This document shows, one piece after another, positions 18,960 through 28,881 of a DNA stretch of 64,000 nucleotides. Source of the DNA: Phycisphaeraceae bacterium (lineage in GTDB: Bacteria; Planctomycetota; Phycisphaerae; Phycisphaerales; UBA1924); the NCBI GenBank assembly GCA_020639155.1, contig JACKHF010000001.1, positions 1,963,889-2,027,888 on the forward strand. The letters are read 5' to 3'. The stretch's first letter is position 1. Each line of letters opens with the position of its first letter. The notes beneath the pieces were generated by a model that was given only the letters and a program-made list of their open reading frames with translations, was not told where the DNA came from and made no database searches. The translations under genes were made by a program, and so were the position numbers.

Positions 18960-20845
18960 GCTGCAACTCCTGTCCTTGTCGTTGCGTGTTTCAGCGCGTT
19001 TGCATGCAGATCGTCGAGCATCGTGCGGAGCTGGTTTGATGCAACTGCAGGCTTTGACTTGTGATCGCCAGCATCCGACGAGCGTGCAGATTCGTCATCA
19101 GCGACGATTGATGACAGTGTTTCAGCGTGGTCGCATTGCTCCGATTGGATCGCAGCAAAGCAGTCGCCAGCAGTGAGTGAGTGCGTTGGTATACCCGTCA
19201 TGCAGCTGACGTATGAGCGCACTGCGTCAGCGTGCTTACCGGAGCGTGCGAGTGATGCTGCTTTGGCGTGAGCCTTGTGGAGCAGCACACGGTGCGGGTT
19301 GCGCCTGCGGAGAAGTACGACGGTTGCAACAGCACACGCGGAGAGAACGGGCGGTCCTGCAACAACCATCGCGACGGTTGGCTTTGCAAAGGACGACCAT
19401 GCAAACGGAAGGACCGCGGGTGTTGTGTGCAGAAGTGCTCGCTCGTCGTACACGTTTGCGCCAAGGGCGACGCGGCTTGATGTCAGTTCCTGCTTCTCAA
19501 CGGATGGCGCGGGCTTTGCAGGAGCGTTTTCTACTGGTACCGGCTGATGACGCACTGCATCGTCGAGTGTGACAATTGCGCTCTCCTCGACTGTTATCGG
19601 GATCGGTTGCGTTCGTGCAACACGATACTGCCCCGAGTCAATATCAAAGTACGGCAGTTCGATCGATGGAACTTCGCTGACATCAGCGTTTGCTGCACGA
19701 ATAGTCGTCGTATAGATGCGCACACCCGTGGGGTTCTCGTATGCCTCTTCCCAGCCCTCGGGTGAGAGCTTGAAATCCTGTGCGAAGCGGGTGTTCAACT
19801 CGAGTGCTGGTGCGATGCGACGTGGCATGGGTTCATCGCCCCGAACTCGAAGTGTCAGCGCGATGGGGTCGCCGACATGAACGCTGATCTGATCGATTTC
19901 TGCTTCCATCGTGTATCTGCCAACAAGCCCGGCGTAGTTTGCTGGCTTGCCCTCATCTGGCAGATCACGAACGTTCAGCGCAAGCGAGTTTGAAGCGATT
20001 GTGACAAATCGATCATTCCCAAAGAAACCACCCTCGTTCACAATCAGTGATGCGGTGACAGGTCCGATGGTGTGCGTACCAGCGGATTCTGCGAGCACGA
20101 CAATCGGCATGCGCAGCGCGAAGAACGCCCGATTGTCGTGAATGACCTGCTCCGCTTCGAGCGTGATGCGTTCGCCATTGAAGAGTACCTGAATCGTTCC
20201 TGCGCCGCGGTTCTGGGGGAGTGGCTTTGGTGTGAGGGCTGCGGTGGTGTAGTCGCCGTCCGGTCCCATCATCACAAACGCTGGTGTTCGATTAGAACTG
20301 ATCTGTTTGTTCCTGTCGAGCACAACATACCACGTCAGTGTCATCGGTACACGCTGGCCCACGATGGCTGATGTTGTATCCGTCTCAAGCACAAGCTGGT
20401 AATCAGGATCTGCTTGGGGCATCGACACCTGCAGTGGGAAGGATGGCGTGTCGTGTTTTTCTCCCGCGACGATGAACGCAAGTGATGGAATCTGATACTC
20501 GCCGGGCTTGAGCGGCGTAATCTGATATGAGTATCGCGTTGAGGTCGTCTCGGTCTGCTGCCGCTTTCCATTGATGATCTGGACGGATGACATGCGGCTG
20601 GTGCTCTCGCCGTTGTACTGGGTGATGAGTCCGTCGATCTCGGGAAGCATCGGCACGGTATCGGCTGTGCCGTTTTTTACCTCGACTGACAACGTAATCG
20701 ACTGGCCAACGACAGGCTCCTGGGTCGTGATACGGACAGCAACATCTACATCCTGCGCGTTTGCGATCTGTGGTAGCACACACCCGAGCAGTGCCGCGCA
20801 AAGAGACATGAAGCATGAGATATGAGATGTACGCATGGTTCGCAC
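18956..20845 (-). CDS. BatD-like protein (oxygen tolerance family), signal peptide plus C-terminal TM
   Basis: 629 aa, signal peptide, beta-rich body, a C-terminal hydrophobic segment followed by a helical tail. Its position in the operon matches BatD. Confidence 0.6.
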   Translation of the reverse strand: MRTMRTSHISCFMSLCAALLGCVLPQIANAQDVDVAVRITTQEPVVGQSITLSVEVKNGTADTVPMLPEIDGLITQYNGESTSRMSSVQIINGKRQQTETTSTRYSYQITPLKPGEYQIPSLAFIVAGEKHDTPSFPLQVSMPQADPDYQLVLETDTTSAIVGQRVPMTLTWYVVLDRNKQISSNRTPAFVMMGPDGDYTTAALTPKPLPQNRGAGTIQVLFNGERITLEAEQVIHDNRAFFALRMPIVVLAESAGTHTIGPVTASLIVNEGGFFGNDRFVTIASNSLALNVRDLPDEGKPANYAGLVGRYTMEAEIDQISVHVGDPIALTLRVRGDEPMPRRIAPALELNTRFAQDFKLSPEGWEEAYENPTGVRIYTTTIRAANADVSEVPSIELPYFDIDSGQYRVARTQPIPITVEESAIVTLDDAVRHQPVPVENAPAKPAPSVEKQELTSSRVALGANVYDERALLHTTPAVLPFAWSSFAKPTVAMVVAGPPVLSACAVATVVLLRRRNPHRVLLHKAHAKAASLARSGKHADAVRSYVSCMTGIPTHSLTAGDCFAAIQSEQCDHAETLSSIVADDESARSSDAGDHKSKPAVASNQLRTMLDDLHANALKHATTRTGVAA

Positions 20846-20849
20846 TTCC

Positions 20850-22037
20850 TTACCAGTCCTTTTCCACTTTGGGTACGGGCACGATGTACGCGGGCGGCAC
20901 CGACTGGGCCTTCTCGCGATCGCGTTCCTCTTTCTTCAGAAGATCCTGCGCGAGCTGATCGACGGGTGACTGCTGCTTCTGCTGCTCGTCTTCCTTGCCT
21001 TTTTCACCCTGTTGGTCCTTTTTCTGCTGTTCCTGATTGTCTTCGTTCTGCTCGCCCTTCTTGCCTTCCTGCTCTTGTTTCTGCTGTTGTTGCTGCATCT
21101 CTTGCTTCTGTTGATCCGCCGATTTCTGAGCGGCTTCTGAGGCGAGTTGCAGCAGCTTTGCAGCAACGGACTGCTCCTGTTGTGTTTCTTTCAGCTTTGA
21201 TGGATCGGGCTGTTGCATCTCCTGCAGGTTCTCTTCGGCTTGCTCGCGTGGCTGCTCGCTCGCCTGTGTGAGACGCTCTGCATCCTCCATTGATTGCTTT
21301 GTCTCATCGCTCAGCTTGCTTGAGAGTTCCTGCATCTCTTTCAGGAGTTGCTCTGCCTGCTCGTTGATCTGCTGTTGCTGCTGCTCCATCTGGTCGACAT
21401 CCTGCTGTGACTCAGCCTCTGATGCCTGCTCTGCGAGTTTCTGCTGCTGCTCGGTAAGGTCCTTGAGTTTGTCAGCGATCTCCTGCGATTGCGACTGCTG
21501 CTGCTGTTGTTGCTCCTGTTGTTTTTTTTGCTGCTCTTCCTGTTCCTTCTTCTGCTGTTCGAGGAAGTCGCGGAGCTTCTTGATCTTCAGTCGTGCGATC
21601 TCAAGATTGCGGGCAGCAGCCTTTTCCGCTTCCTTGTTCCGTGCCTGCTTTGCAGCATCAACAGCGAGCGAGAACGCGTGCTCGGCAAGCTCCGCCCGGC
21701 TGAGTGCCTGTTGCGGTTGATCGGCATCGATGAGCGCGCCGGCCTTGAAATGAGCAATCCCAAGATTCTGTCGTGCCTGTGCCTGCTGCAATGGAGAGGT
21801 GGCTGCAGCATCACACTCGGTAAATCGCTGTATCGCGCCGTCGAGCTGCTGGTCGTGCGCAAAGAGAACCCCCTCCTTGAATAGCTCACTGAACGGCTTG
21901 GTTTGTTTCGTGGTCTCGGTTTGAGCGCTGGTGCTCTCTGTTCCTGGTGGCTGGAGGTACTCACTCTGCTGCGCGATGGCAGCGGAGCACTTGCAGGCTA
22001 CAACGCAAGCGATCAGATGGAGGTGTCGTGTCATCAT
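20850..22037 (-). CDS. BatC-like TPR protein with a long Gln/Glu/Lys-rich coiled-coil
   Basis: Signal peptide, a TPR region (NLGIAHFKAGA...), then about 230 aa of QQQKK/EQQ low-complexity sequence encoded by CAG/CTG-rich DNA. Confidence 0.55.
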   Translation of the reverse strand: MMTRHLHLIACVVACKCSAAIAQQSEYLQPPGTESTSAQTETTKQTKPFSELFKEGVLFAHDQQLDGAIQRFTECDAAATSPLQQAQARQNLGIAHFKAGALIDADQPQQALSRAELAEHAFSLAVDAAKQARNKEAEKAAARNLEIARLKIKKLRDFLEQQKKEQEEQQKKQQEQQQQQQSQSQEIADKLKDLTEQQQKLAEQASEAESQQDVDQMEQQQQQINEQAEQLLKEMQELSSKLSDETKQSMEDAERLTQASEQPREQAEENLQEMQQPDPSKLKETQQEQSVAAKLLQLASEAAQKSADQQKQEMQQQQQKQEQEGKKGEQNEDNQEQQKKDQQGEKGKEDEQQKQQSPVDQLAQDLLKKEERDREKAQSVPPAYIVPVPKVEKDW

Positions 22038-23050
22038 GCCCGTACTCCAAATAGCACGTCAATCATCAGTGCGCCCAGCGCGATCGCGAGCAGCCACTGG
22101 AAGCCCTCGGTGTACGCAATGGTCTCTGTCGTGTCAGTCTTCTGCTTTTCTGCGGTGCGTATCAGGTCGGCGTAGATACTGTCGAGTTCGATGGTGCCTG
22201 TGCCAACATTGAGCATGACACCATCGCGCGATGCGAGCGCGACCTCGCGCAGGGATTCTGCATCAAGACTCGATCGTACCTGTGTGCCGGACGATTCCAC
22301 ACCGGGGATTACAGCATCTTGTCCGCCAAGACCGAATGCGATGATGCGCACGCCCGCTTCACCCGCGCGTGCAGCCGCCTGCACTGGGTAGCTCTCCTGA
22401 TCGCCACCATCTGTAAACAGCAGAATATCGCGATTGCGTGACGAGTCGTCCGCGCCCTCGAAGACCTGATCGACGGTGCGTCTGATGGCATCGCCAATGA
22501 GTGTGCCGCCACGCCCCGCGCTGTCGGGGTTGAGCCCGTCGAGCGCGAGTTCGAAGAACGAATAGTCTGTTGTGAGCGGGCACACCACCGCAGTGTCACC
22601 AGCGAACGCGACAAGGGACACACGATCGCCATCGAGTGTCGCAACAAGATCCCGTATCCACAGCTTTGCGCGTTCGAGCCGATTGGGCGCAAGATCTTCT
22701 GCAAGCATGCTTCTGGAGACATCAACAAGAAATGCAAGATCGCGTCCAACACGATCAACGGTCACCTCTTCCGGATTCCATCGCGGGCGCGCAAGTCCAA
22801 CAACGATTGCTGCGATCGAGAGGGGTAACAACGCCAGCAGAAGCATCGACGATCGCTTTGGGATGTGCGTGCGCAGTGTCTGCCATTCACTTTCGAGTGC
22901 GAAACGACGCATGAGTCGCTCGCGGCGTACAAACAGCCCGGCAAAGAGAACCAGCATCACAGCTGGAATTGTGAGCAGCCACAACATATCAGGATGCTGG
23001 AGATGAAAATCGTGGAGAAAGGTCATGCTGCCCTCCTGAACACAAGCCAC
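22034..23050 (-). CDS. vWA domain protein (BatB-like)
   Basis: MIDAS motif (DVSRSM...TLIGDAI...LFTDG) and an N-terminal TM pair. Confidence 0.75.
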   Translation of the reverse strand: MACVQEGSMTFLHDFHLQHPDMLWLLTIPAVMLVLFAGLFVRRERLMRRFALESEWQTLRTHIPKRSSMLLLALLPLSIAAIVVGLARPRWNPEEVTVDRVGRDLAFLVDVSRSMLAEDLAPNRLERAKLWIRDLVATLDGDRVSLVAFAGDTAVVCPLTTDYSFFELALDGLNPDSAGRGGTLIGDAIRRTVDQVFEGADDSSRNRDILLFTDGGDQESYPVQAAARAGEAGVRIIAFGLGGQDAVIPGVESSGTQVRSSLDAESLREVALASRDGVMLNVGTGTIELDSIYADLIRTAEKQKTDTTETIAYTEGFQWLLAIALGALMIDVLFGVRA

Positions 23051-24168
23051 GAGAGCAGTGATTGCACCACCAGCAGCACGCCGCCGGTCTGGGCAAAGAC
23101 CATGAACTGCTCCTCCGCGTCGGCAGTCGAGAGTGTTTCGATCTTTGATTGTTCGAGCGCATTGATCTGCTCGTAGATATCCTCAAGACTCGATCCGTCG
23201 GTCGCGAGCCAGTATTTGCCATCGGTTATGTTTGCAGCCTGGCGGAGTGATTCCTCGTCCATGCTGCCGATGCGCATGCGCTGCTCGCCGAATGGTGTCT
23301 GGATCACCGCATAAGGGCTGCCGATACCGATTGCGTAAATACGAATTCCCCACTCTGCGCATTGCTTTGCGGCTGCAAGCAGTTCGATCGAGCCCGCGTT
23401 TGTTGCGCCGTCTGTCAGTAGCACTATCACCTTGCTCTTGATGACAAACTCGGGCTTCGCCTCAGTCTCACTTGCATTCTGTTCCTGTGCCTTTGTGAGC
23501 CTGCGTTCGTTGCGGGAGTTGAGCTCCTGCTCAGCTGCGCGCAGTCGGGCAGCAGCAAGCGCAACCGCGTCGCCGGTTGCGGTGCCGTCGAGCCCCTTTA
23601 CGTCAACGGTCTCGGTTTGGCTGATGAGTTCGGCGAGTGTTTCGTGGTCATGCACGAGCGGGCACACCGTCTGCGCGTATCGTGCAAACGTGATCAGCCC
23701 GATCATGTCGTTGGGCCTGCCCTTCAGCTTGCCTCGCTGCCCATCGGCTTCGTCATCGCCGAGAATGAACTGATTGAGCAGATGCTTCACGACCTCGTAT
23801 CGTGAAAACACGCGTTTGTTGTACTCCATCTGCTCGTTCATCGAGCCGGAGCGATCGACAACGAGTTGCATCGCGACACCTTCGGTGATTGAGCGTGTTC
23901 TGCCCGTGATCTCCTGCGGTCGTGCCAGTGCGATGACAATCGAGACAACACCCAGCGACATCAGCAGTGTCGGTATCCAGCGGAGTCGCACTTTCCATGA
24001 GACCGGAAGCGCAAGCGTGGTGTCGGTCATCGAAAATCGTGCTGCTGCGCGTGATCGCGAACGAAGGAAAGTTGTAATCATGGGAACAAGCGCGAGCGCA
24101 AGTAGCGCGAGTGCCCACGGCTGGGCAAACTGGTCAAACGACACAAACTGCTTGAGCCAACCGATCAT
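23023..24168 (-). CDS. vWA domain protein (BatA-like)
   Basis: N-terminal TM helices, a vWA fold with DRSGSM ... TATGDAV ... LLTDG. Confidence 0.75.
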   Translation of the reverse strand: MIGWLKQFVSFDQFAQPWALALLALALVPMITTFLRSRSRAAARFSMTDTTLALPVSWKVRLRWIPTLLMSLGVVSIVIALARPQEITGRTRSITEGVAMQLVVDRSGSMNEQMEYNKRVFSRYEVVKHLLNQFILGDDEADGQRGKLKGRPNDMIGLITFARYAQTVCPLVHDHETLAELISQTETVDVKGLDGTATGDAVALAAARLRAAEQELNSRNERRLTKAQEQNASETEAKPEFVIKSKVIVLLTDGATNAGSIELLAAAKQCAEWGIRIYAIGIGSPYAVIQTPFGEQRMRIGSMDEESLRQAANITDGKYWLATDGSSLEDIYEQINALEQSKIETLSTADAEEQFMVFAQTGGVLLVVQSLLSWLVFRRAA

Positions 24169-25154
24169 CGCACGCCTCCGATCGGTTGGGAATGGAATGC
24201 TGCAGTACTGACAGGCGACACAACGATGTGCGAGAGTCTGCCCGCGCTCTCTTGTGTTGTATGCAGTGTGCTGCTGAGAAGTTCAGCCGATGGATACGCA
24301 CCGCCAAATCGAACGGTATCCAGCGCTGCATAAGCCGATTCGAGCTGGTTCCGAGTCACTTCAAGGGACAGCGTGTTCGGCGTGAGTTCCAGCAATGTGC
24401 GGATCATGCCCGCAATCTCGTCAGCAATGGCGGAGCCATGAGCTTGTGGCTGGTGTATGGACTGCTGCAGAGCAGTTGCGCGTGCGAAGATCTCGTTGCA
24501 TGCCTTGCGCCGGCGCTCGGCCTCGGTTGGCTTGCGTAGTCTTCGCGAGACAAAGTACGCGCCTCCAGCAAGCCCGGAGAGTGCGATGATTCCCACAGCG
24601 ACAGGGAGCAGTCTGCTGCTCGTGGATTGTCTGGCATCCGCTGCGGGATCCTCGATGTAGTCTGTGACATCAAGATTGTCGAGTGAGAGTTCGGTATCCT
24701 GACCGAGATCGATCACAGAGTTCACGCGGATATCGAGAGCAGGCGCGGTTGCAACGATAGCATTGCCTTCCATCGGTCGCATCTCGATATCGATCGGCCC
24801 GATCGAGTAATCCCCCGGCAGGAACGGCACAAGTGTGTATGTCCAAGTGCGTCTGATCGTGTCTGCATCCACGATCGTCGGATCGTGCGCGATAACAGCT
24901 TCAACCCGGAACGGGTCAGTCGCTTCGGAGATGTCCGGTTGATCGATGCTTGCGCCAATCGGCGCATCGACCGAGAGTGTCAGTGCGACCTTGTCCGATG
25001 TCTCGATGGTGGCGCTATCCAGTGATGCCCGAATATGCAGATCGCCTTGCGATGCGGATGTAGTGACAGCGGGCGATGATGATGCTGGTTCCTGTTTCTC
25101 ACAGCTGGTCAGCACGAGCAGCGCACAAGCAAAGATGGGGAGCAGTGTTCTCAT
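24165..25154 (-). CDS. Hypothetical membrane/lipoprotein of the MoxR operon (DUF4381-like position)
   Basis: Lipoprotein-like signal (LVLTSCEK) and an internal TM (LLPVAVGIIALSGLAGGAYFV). Lies between the DUF58 and vWA genes, as in other Bat operons. Confidence 0.5.
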   Translation of the reverse strand: MRTLLPIFACALLVLTSCEKQEPASSSPAVTTSASQGDLHIRASLDSATIETSDKVALTLSVDAPIGASIDQPDISEATDPFRVEAVIAHDPTIVDADTIRRTWTYTLVPFLPGDYSIGPIDIEMRPMEGNAIVATAPALDIRVNSVIDLGQDTELSLDNLDVTDYIEDPAADARQSTSSRLLPVAVGIIALSGLAGGAYFVSRRLRKPTEAERRRKACNEIFARATALQQSIHQPQAHGSAIADEIAGMIRTLLELTPNTLSLEVTRNQLESAYAALDTVRFGGAYPSAELLSSTLHTTQESAGRLSHIVVSPVSTAAFHSQPIGGVR

Positions 25155-26095
25155 TGCGCTGCTCCTGCTGACAATGGCGCGTTTGCCTGGATGCGGTGGA
25201 GCAGGTTCGCAAGTTGCAACCCAAGATTGTCGTCGGTACTGATAGATGCGTAGTTTGCGCCAGCCTGCATGATGGCGCGTTCGATCTTTCGTGCTCGCTG
25301 TGTGCTTCTTGTGCGGAACGCTTCTCGCACTCGCTTGTTTGATGAGTCGATCAGTGTTCGTTGTCCGGTTTCAGGATCGACCAGTTGCAATAGTCCCATC
25401 TTTGGAAGCGAGGATTCGGCTGGGTCGGTGATTCGAATCGCGACGAGCTCGTGTTTGCGCGCGAGCGGGCCAAGGGCCTGTGTCAGTTGTCTGTGCTCGG
25501 TGTTTTCCGGCACGAGGAAGTCTGAGATGATGAACATCAGCGAGCGTTTGCGGTGTGTGCGCCCGAGCTGCTGGGCAAGTGCGCGGACGTCGGTGGGGGT
25601 GTTGAGTTGCGGTGCGTGGACAAGCTCGTGGAGAATCTGCATGTAATGCGCTCGTCCCTTGCCCGATGCAATCGATTTGACAACATGATCCGCGAACAGC
25701 ACGAGGCCTGTGCGGTCGTTGGCATCGTGTGAAATTGTTGCGATGGCAGCGGCGAGTTCTGTTATTGCTGCGGCTTTGGTTCGGATGGTCGAACCGAACA
25801 ACGTGCTCGCGCTGACATCGACCGCGAGCGTGACTGTCAACTCACGTTCCTCGATGAACAGCTTGACGAATGGTGTTTGTGCGCGTGCGGTGACATTCCA
25901 GTCGATGGACCGCACATCGTCGCCGGGCGTGTACTCACGCAGGTCAGAAAACTCGATACCGCGTCCCTTGAACGCGCTGCGGTACGCGCCCGGTGCGAGC
26001 GCTTCGACGTGCTTGCGCACGCGCAGCTCAAGTCTTCGCACATGGTTCAGTGTGCTGGGGCTGAGCGTGACACGTTGTGATGCGGCTGGATTCAT
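25151..26095 (-). CDS. DUF58 domain protein (vWA-like, MoxR-associated)
   Basis: GIEFSDLREYTPGDDVRSIDWNVTAR signature of DUF58. Confidence 0.8.
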   Translation of the reverse strand: MNPAASQRVTLSPSTLNHVRRLELRVRKHVEALAPGAYRSAFKGRGIEFSDLREYTPGDDVRSIDWNVTARAQTPFVKLFIEERELTVTLAVDVSASTLFGSTIRTKAAAITELAAAIATISHDANDRTGLVLFADHVVKSIASGKGRAHYMQILHELVHAPQLNTPTDVRALAQQLGRTHRKRSLMFIISDFLVPENTEHRQLTQALGPLARKHELVAIRITDPAESSLPKMGLLQLVDPETGQRTLIDSSNKRVREAFRTRSTQRARKIERAIMQAGANYASISTDDNLGLQLANLLHRIQANAPLSAGAAQ

Positions 26096-27084
26096 GGAAC
26101 GGGAACGTGGTTGATCACCTGTGCGACAATCTGCTCTGCATCAATGCCCTCGGCGAGCGCCTGATAGCTCGGCGCCACACGATGCCTGAGCACATCCGGT
26201 GCCGCGGACTTGACATCGGTTGGTGTGACGTACGACCGGCCAGCGAGGAACGCGAGGGCCTTGGCAGCAAGCAACAGATTGATCGAAGCACGGGGCGATG
26301 CGCCGAAGTCGATCAAGTGCGCCGCTTCAACGCCAACAGAACGTGGATCGCGTGTTGCGCGAGTCAGATCGGTCGCGTATGCAGCGATGCGTGCATCAAT
26401 GTTGACTGCGTCGACGAGTTTGCGTGCTGTGACGATCTCAGACACCTCAACAACTGGCTCGACGGGTTTCATTGGCGTGGTGTGCGCCATCTTCATTGCG
26501 ATCTCCAGCTCCTCTTCGCGCGACGGATAGTCGACCTTGACCTTCAGCATGAATCGGTCGATCTGTGCTTCGGGGAGCCTGTATGTGCCCTCCTGCTCGA
26601 CGGGGTTCATGGTGGCGAGCACGAGGAACGGATCGGGGAGTTTGTGCGATGTATCGCCGATTGTGACCTGGCGTTCCTGCATCGCTTCGAGTAGTGCGCT
26701 CTGCACCTTGGCAGGTGCGCGGTTGATCTCATCTGCGAGTACGATGTTTGCAAAGATCGGTCCCTTGCGCGTTGAGAACTCGTGGTCGCGCGGGTTGTAG
26801 ATCAACGTGCCAACGAGATCGGCTGGGAGCAGGTCTGGTGTGAACTGCACGCGGCTGAATGTTGCGTGCAATGAACCGGCGAGAGCTGACACACTCAAGG
26901 TCTTGGCAAGCCCCGGCATGCCTTCCAGCAGCACGTGGCCGCCGGTCAGCAGGCCGACGAGCAGCCTTTGTGCAACGTGTGTCTGCCCGACAACCACGCT
27001 TGAGACCGATTCGAGTACGCGCTGATGGATGTGGGCGTGCTGCTCGATCAGTGTCGCGAGTTCGTCTCTGGTGTACGTTGTCAT
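26092..27084 (-). CDS. MoxR family AAA+ ATPase
   Basis: Walker A (LLEGMPGLAKT), Walker B (VLADEINRA) and a sensor region, about 330 aa, typical MoxR size. Confidence 0.85.
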   Translation of the reverse strand: MTTYTRDELATLIEQHAHIHQRVLESVSSVVVGQTHVAQRLLVGLLTGGHVLLEGMPGLAKTLSVSALAGSLHATFSRVQFTPDLLPADLVGTLIYNPRDHEFSTRKGPIFANIVLADEINRAPAKVQSALLEAMQERQVTIGDTSHKLPDPFLVLATMNPVEQEGTYRLPEAQIDRFMLKVKVDYPSREEELEIAMKMAHTTPMKPVEPVVEVSEIVTARKLVDAVNIDARIAAYATDLTRATRDPRSVGVEAAHLIDFGASPRASINLLLAAKALAFLAGRSYVTPTDVKSAAPDVLRHRVAPSYQALAEGIDAEQIVAQVINHVPVP

Positions 27085-27249
27085 GCCATTTGCTCCAAAG
27101 TTTGGCAGATAGTTGGTGTGCGTGAAAGGGAACGCGATCGTGCCCCCTAGTACTCCTCCGGGATGCGCAACATGACGGCATCCTTCAACAGGCTACGCCA
27201 TCTTTGATGCCAAGGTTCGCGTGTTGTTCGCACAGGTGTCTTGCGCTGA

Positions 27250-27864
27250 TTATTCCGCGTTCTGTGCGAGTTGGCGTTCGTGCTCGCGATGCTTCTGCTT
27301 CTTGATGAGTCTGATATTTCGAGCGTAGATAACCACGCCGGACGACTGCCCGAACACGCCGACGATGTCCTGTCGCCAGACGAAGTAGCAGAACAGGCTG
27401 ATCCCGCCGACAAGGCTGATCCACCAGAAGATCTCGGGGACGACGGATTGCTTCCTGCGCTCAGAGACGATCCACTGGATCAGGAATCTGGCGGAGAAGA
27501 TGATCTGTGCGCCAAAGCCCAGCGCGACCCAGATCACACCCCCCGGGCTGGTGACATTGAAGAGGCGGTAGAGCGCGTTTTCCTCGTCGTGGATGACATT
27601 GTCCAGGAGTTCATCTCCCAGTACGCGCTGCGCTGCGTCAAGGCTGAACGCGTCGCCCGGGCCCGTCTTGCGATGGATGACACGGAACTGCTCGGGCTCG
27701 GGTGCGTTCGGGGCGTACTCAAGCCAGGCTTTCTCCTGACCGATGCGGATCTGTGTGAGTTTGGCGCCATCGCGTGCGTTGGGTGGCACTGGCGCGCGCG
27801 CGTAGACCAGCCAGGCACCGAGCCCGATGAGCAGCACCATCAGAGCCAGTGGTTCCCACTTCAT
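27250..27864 (-). CDS. Lipid-A-disaccharide synthase N-terminal (LAB_N) domain membrane protein
   Basis: C-terminal half (ALGFGAQIIFSARFLIQWIVSERRKQSVVPEIFWWISLVGG) matches the LAB_N domain pattern. Paired with a GT2 gene. Confidence 0.55.
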   Translation of the reverse strand: MKWEPLALMVLLIGLGAWLVYARAPVPPNARDGAKLTQIRIGQEKAWLEYAPNAPEPEQFRVIHRKTGPGDAFSLDAAQRVLGDELLDNVIHDEENALYRLFNVTSPGGVIWVALGFGAQIIFSARFLIQWIVSERRKQSVVPEIFWWISLVGGISLFCYFVWRQDIVGVFGQSSGVVIYARNIRLIKKQKHREHERQLAQNAE

Positions 27865-28718
27865 GTGCCGGGTGCTTCCGTGTGTTGTGTGACTTCAGCA
27901 CCCGTGACAGGTCTGCGACGATTCCGCATGTAGCGGACCGCGAAGCAGTCGATCAAGCCGGGAATCGCCCGTTGCACAATGCCCATGCCGTACTTTGTCT
28001 CGCCCGCGTGGCGCTCGCGATGGTTCACCCGCATCTCGATGACCTTCCCGCCGAGGTGGCGCGTGGTCGCGGGGATGAACCGGTGCATGCCCTTGAACTC
28101 CAGAGGTAAACGCATCGCGTACTCGCGCTTAACGACCCGCAGCGAGCATCCGGTGTCGCGGATGGTGTCGCCCAGAATCATCTTCCGGAATGACCGTCCG
28201 ACGCGCGAGCCGAACTTGCGGATGAACGAGTCCTGCCTCGCGTGCGATCGATCGCCCTGCACCATGTCGGCGTTCTGCTCATCGAGCAGTTTCAGCATCT
28301 GCGGGATGTCGGCTGGATCATTCTGGAGATCGGCATCGAGTGTCGCGATCAACTCGCCCCGGCTTGCGCGGATGCCAGCGTGGAACGCAGCGGACTGCCC
28401 GTTCCCTTTTCCCGGTGGGGTGTTCTGCATCCCAACGACATGCAGCCACGGGCGGGTCTGAGCAAGATCGAGCAGGATCTCGCGTGTTCTGTCGGTTGAG
28501 CCGTCGTCGACGACGACCAGTTCCCATGTAATCCCGGTCTCTGAGAGGGCTTTTTCCGTCTGCTCAGCGAGCAGGGCGACGTTCTCTTCCTCGTTGTGGG
28601 CTGGCGCAAGGACGGTCAGACGCACCGATGCGGGGCTCTCGACCATCGATCCAGCGTCAGACATGGTTCTTCCTTGAATACTGCTGCAGCCATGAGATTG
28701 GCGGCCCGGACTCGCCAT
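27861..28718 (-). CDS. Glycosyltransferase family 2 (polyprenyl-phosphate sugar transferase, ArnC/DPM1-like)
   Basis: LTVLAPAHNEEENV ... VVVDDGSTDRT ... DADLQ motifs. Confidence 0.8.
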   Translation of the reverse strand: MASPGRQSHGCSSIQGRTMSDAGSMVESPASVRLTVLAPAHNEEENVALLAEQTEKALSETGITWELVVVDDGSTDRTREILLDLAQTRPWLHVVGMQNTPPGKGNGQSAAFHAGIRASRGELIATLDADLQNDPADIPQMLKLLDEQNADMVQGDRSHARQDSFIRKFGSRVGRSFRKMILGDTIRDTGCSLRVVKREYAMRLPLEFKGMHRFIPATTRHLGGKVIEMRVNHRERHAGETKYGMGIVQRAIPGLIDCFAVRYMRNRRRPVTGAEVTQHTEAPGT

Positions 28719-28881
28719 CCGGGTGTTGGGTTGGAATGATTCTCAGTCTCAACGCCTGATTTGTGCGTTGAGCGACAGACTGTAGTCGCGATCCACGCAA
28801 CTCCGCCGATTCCGGCCGATCTGCTGCGACTTCTGATTCACTTTCATCGGCCATTGCAGCCGTTTCCGGAGACCGCTTCCG

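Noticed and set aside
21268-21720. 150-aa plus-strand Cys/Ser-rich ORF (CCCCCS...) and 21489-21884 poly-Leu ORF
   Set aside because: Off-strand artefacts of the CAG/CTG repeat tract inside the BatC-like gene.
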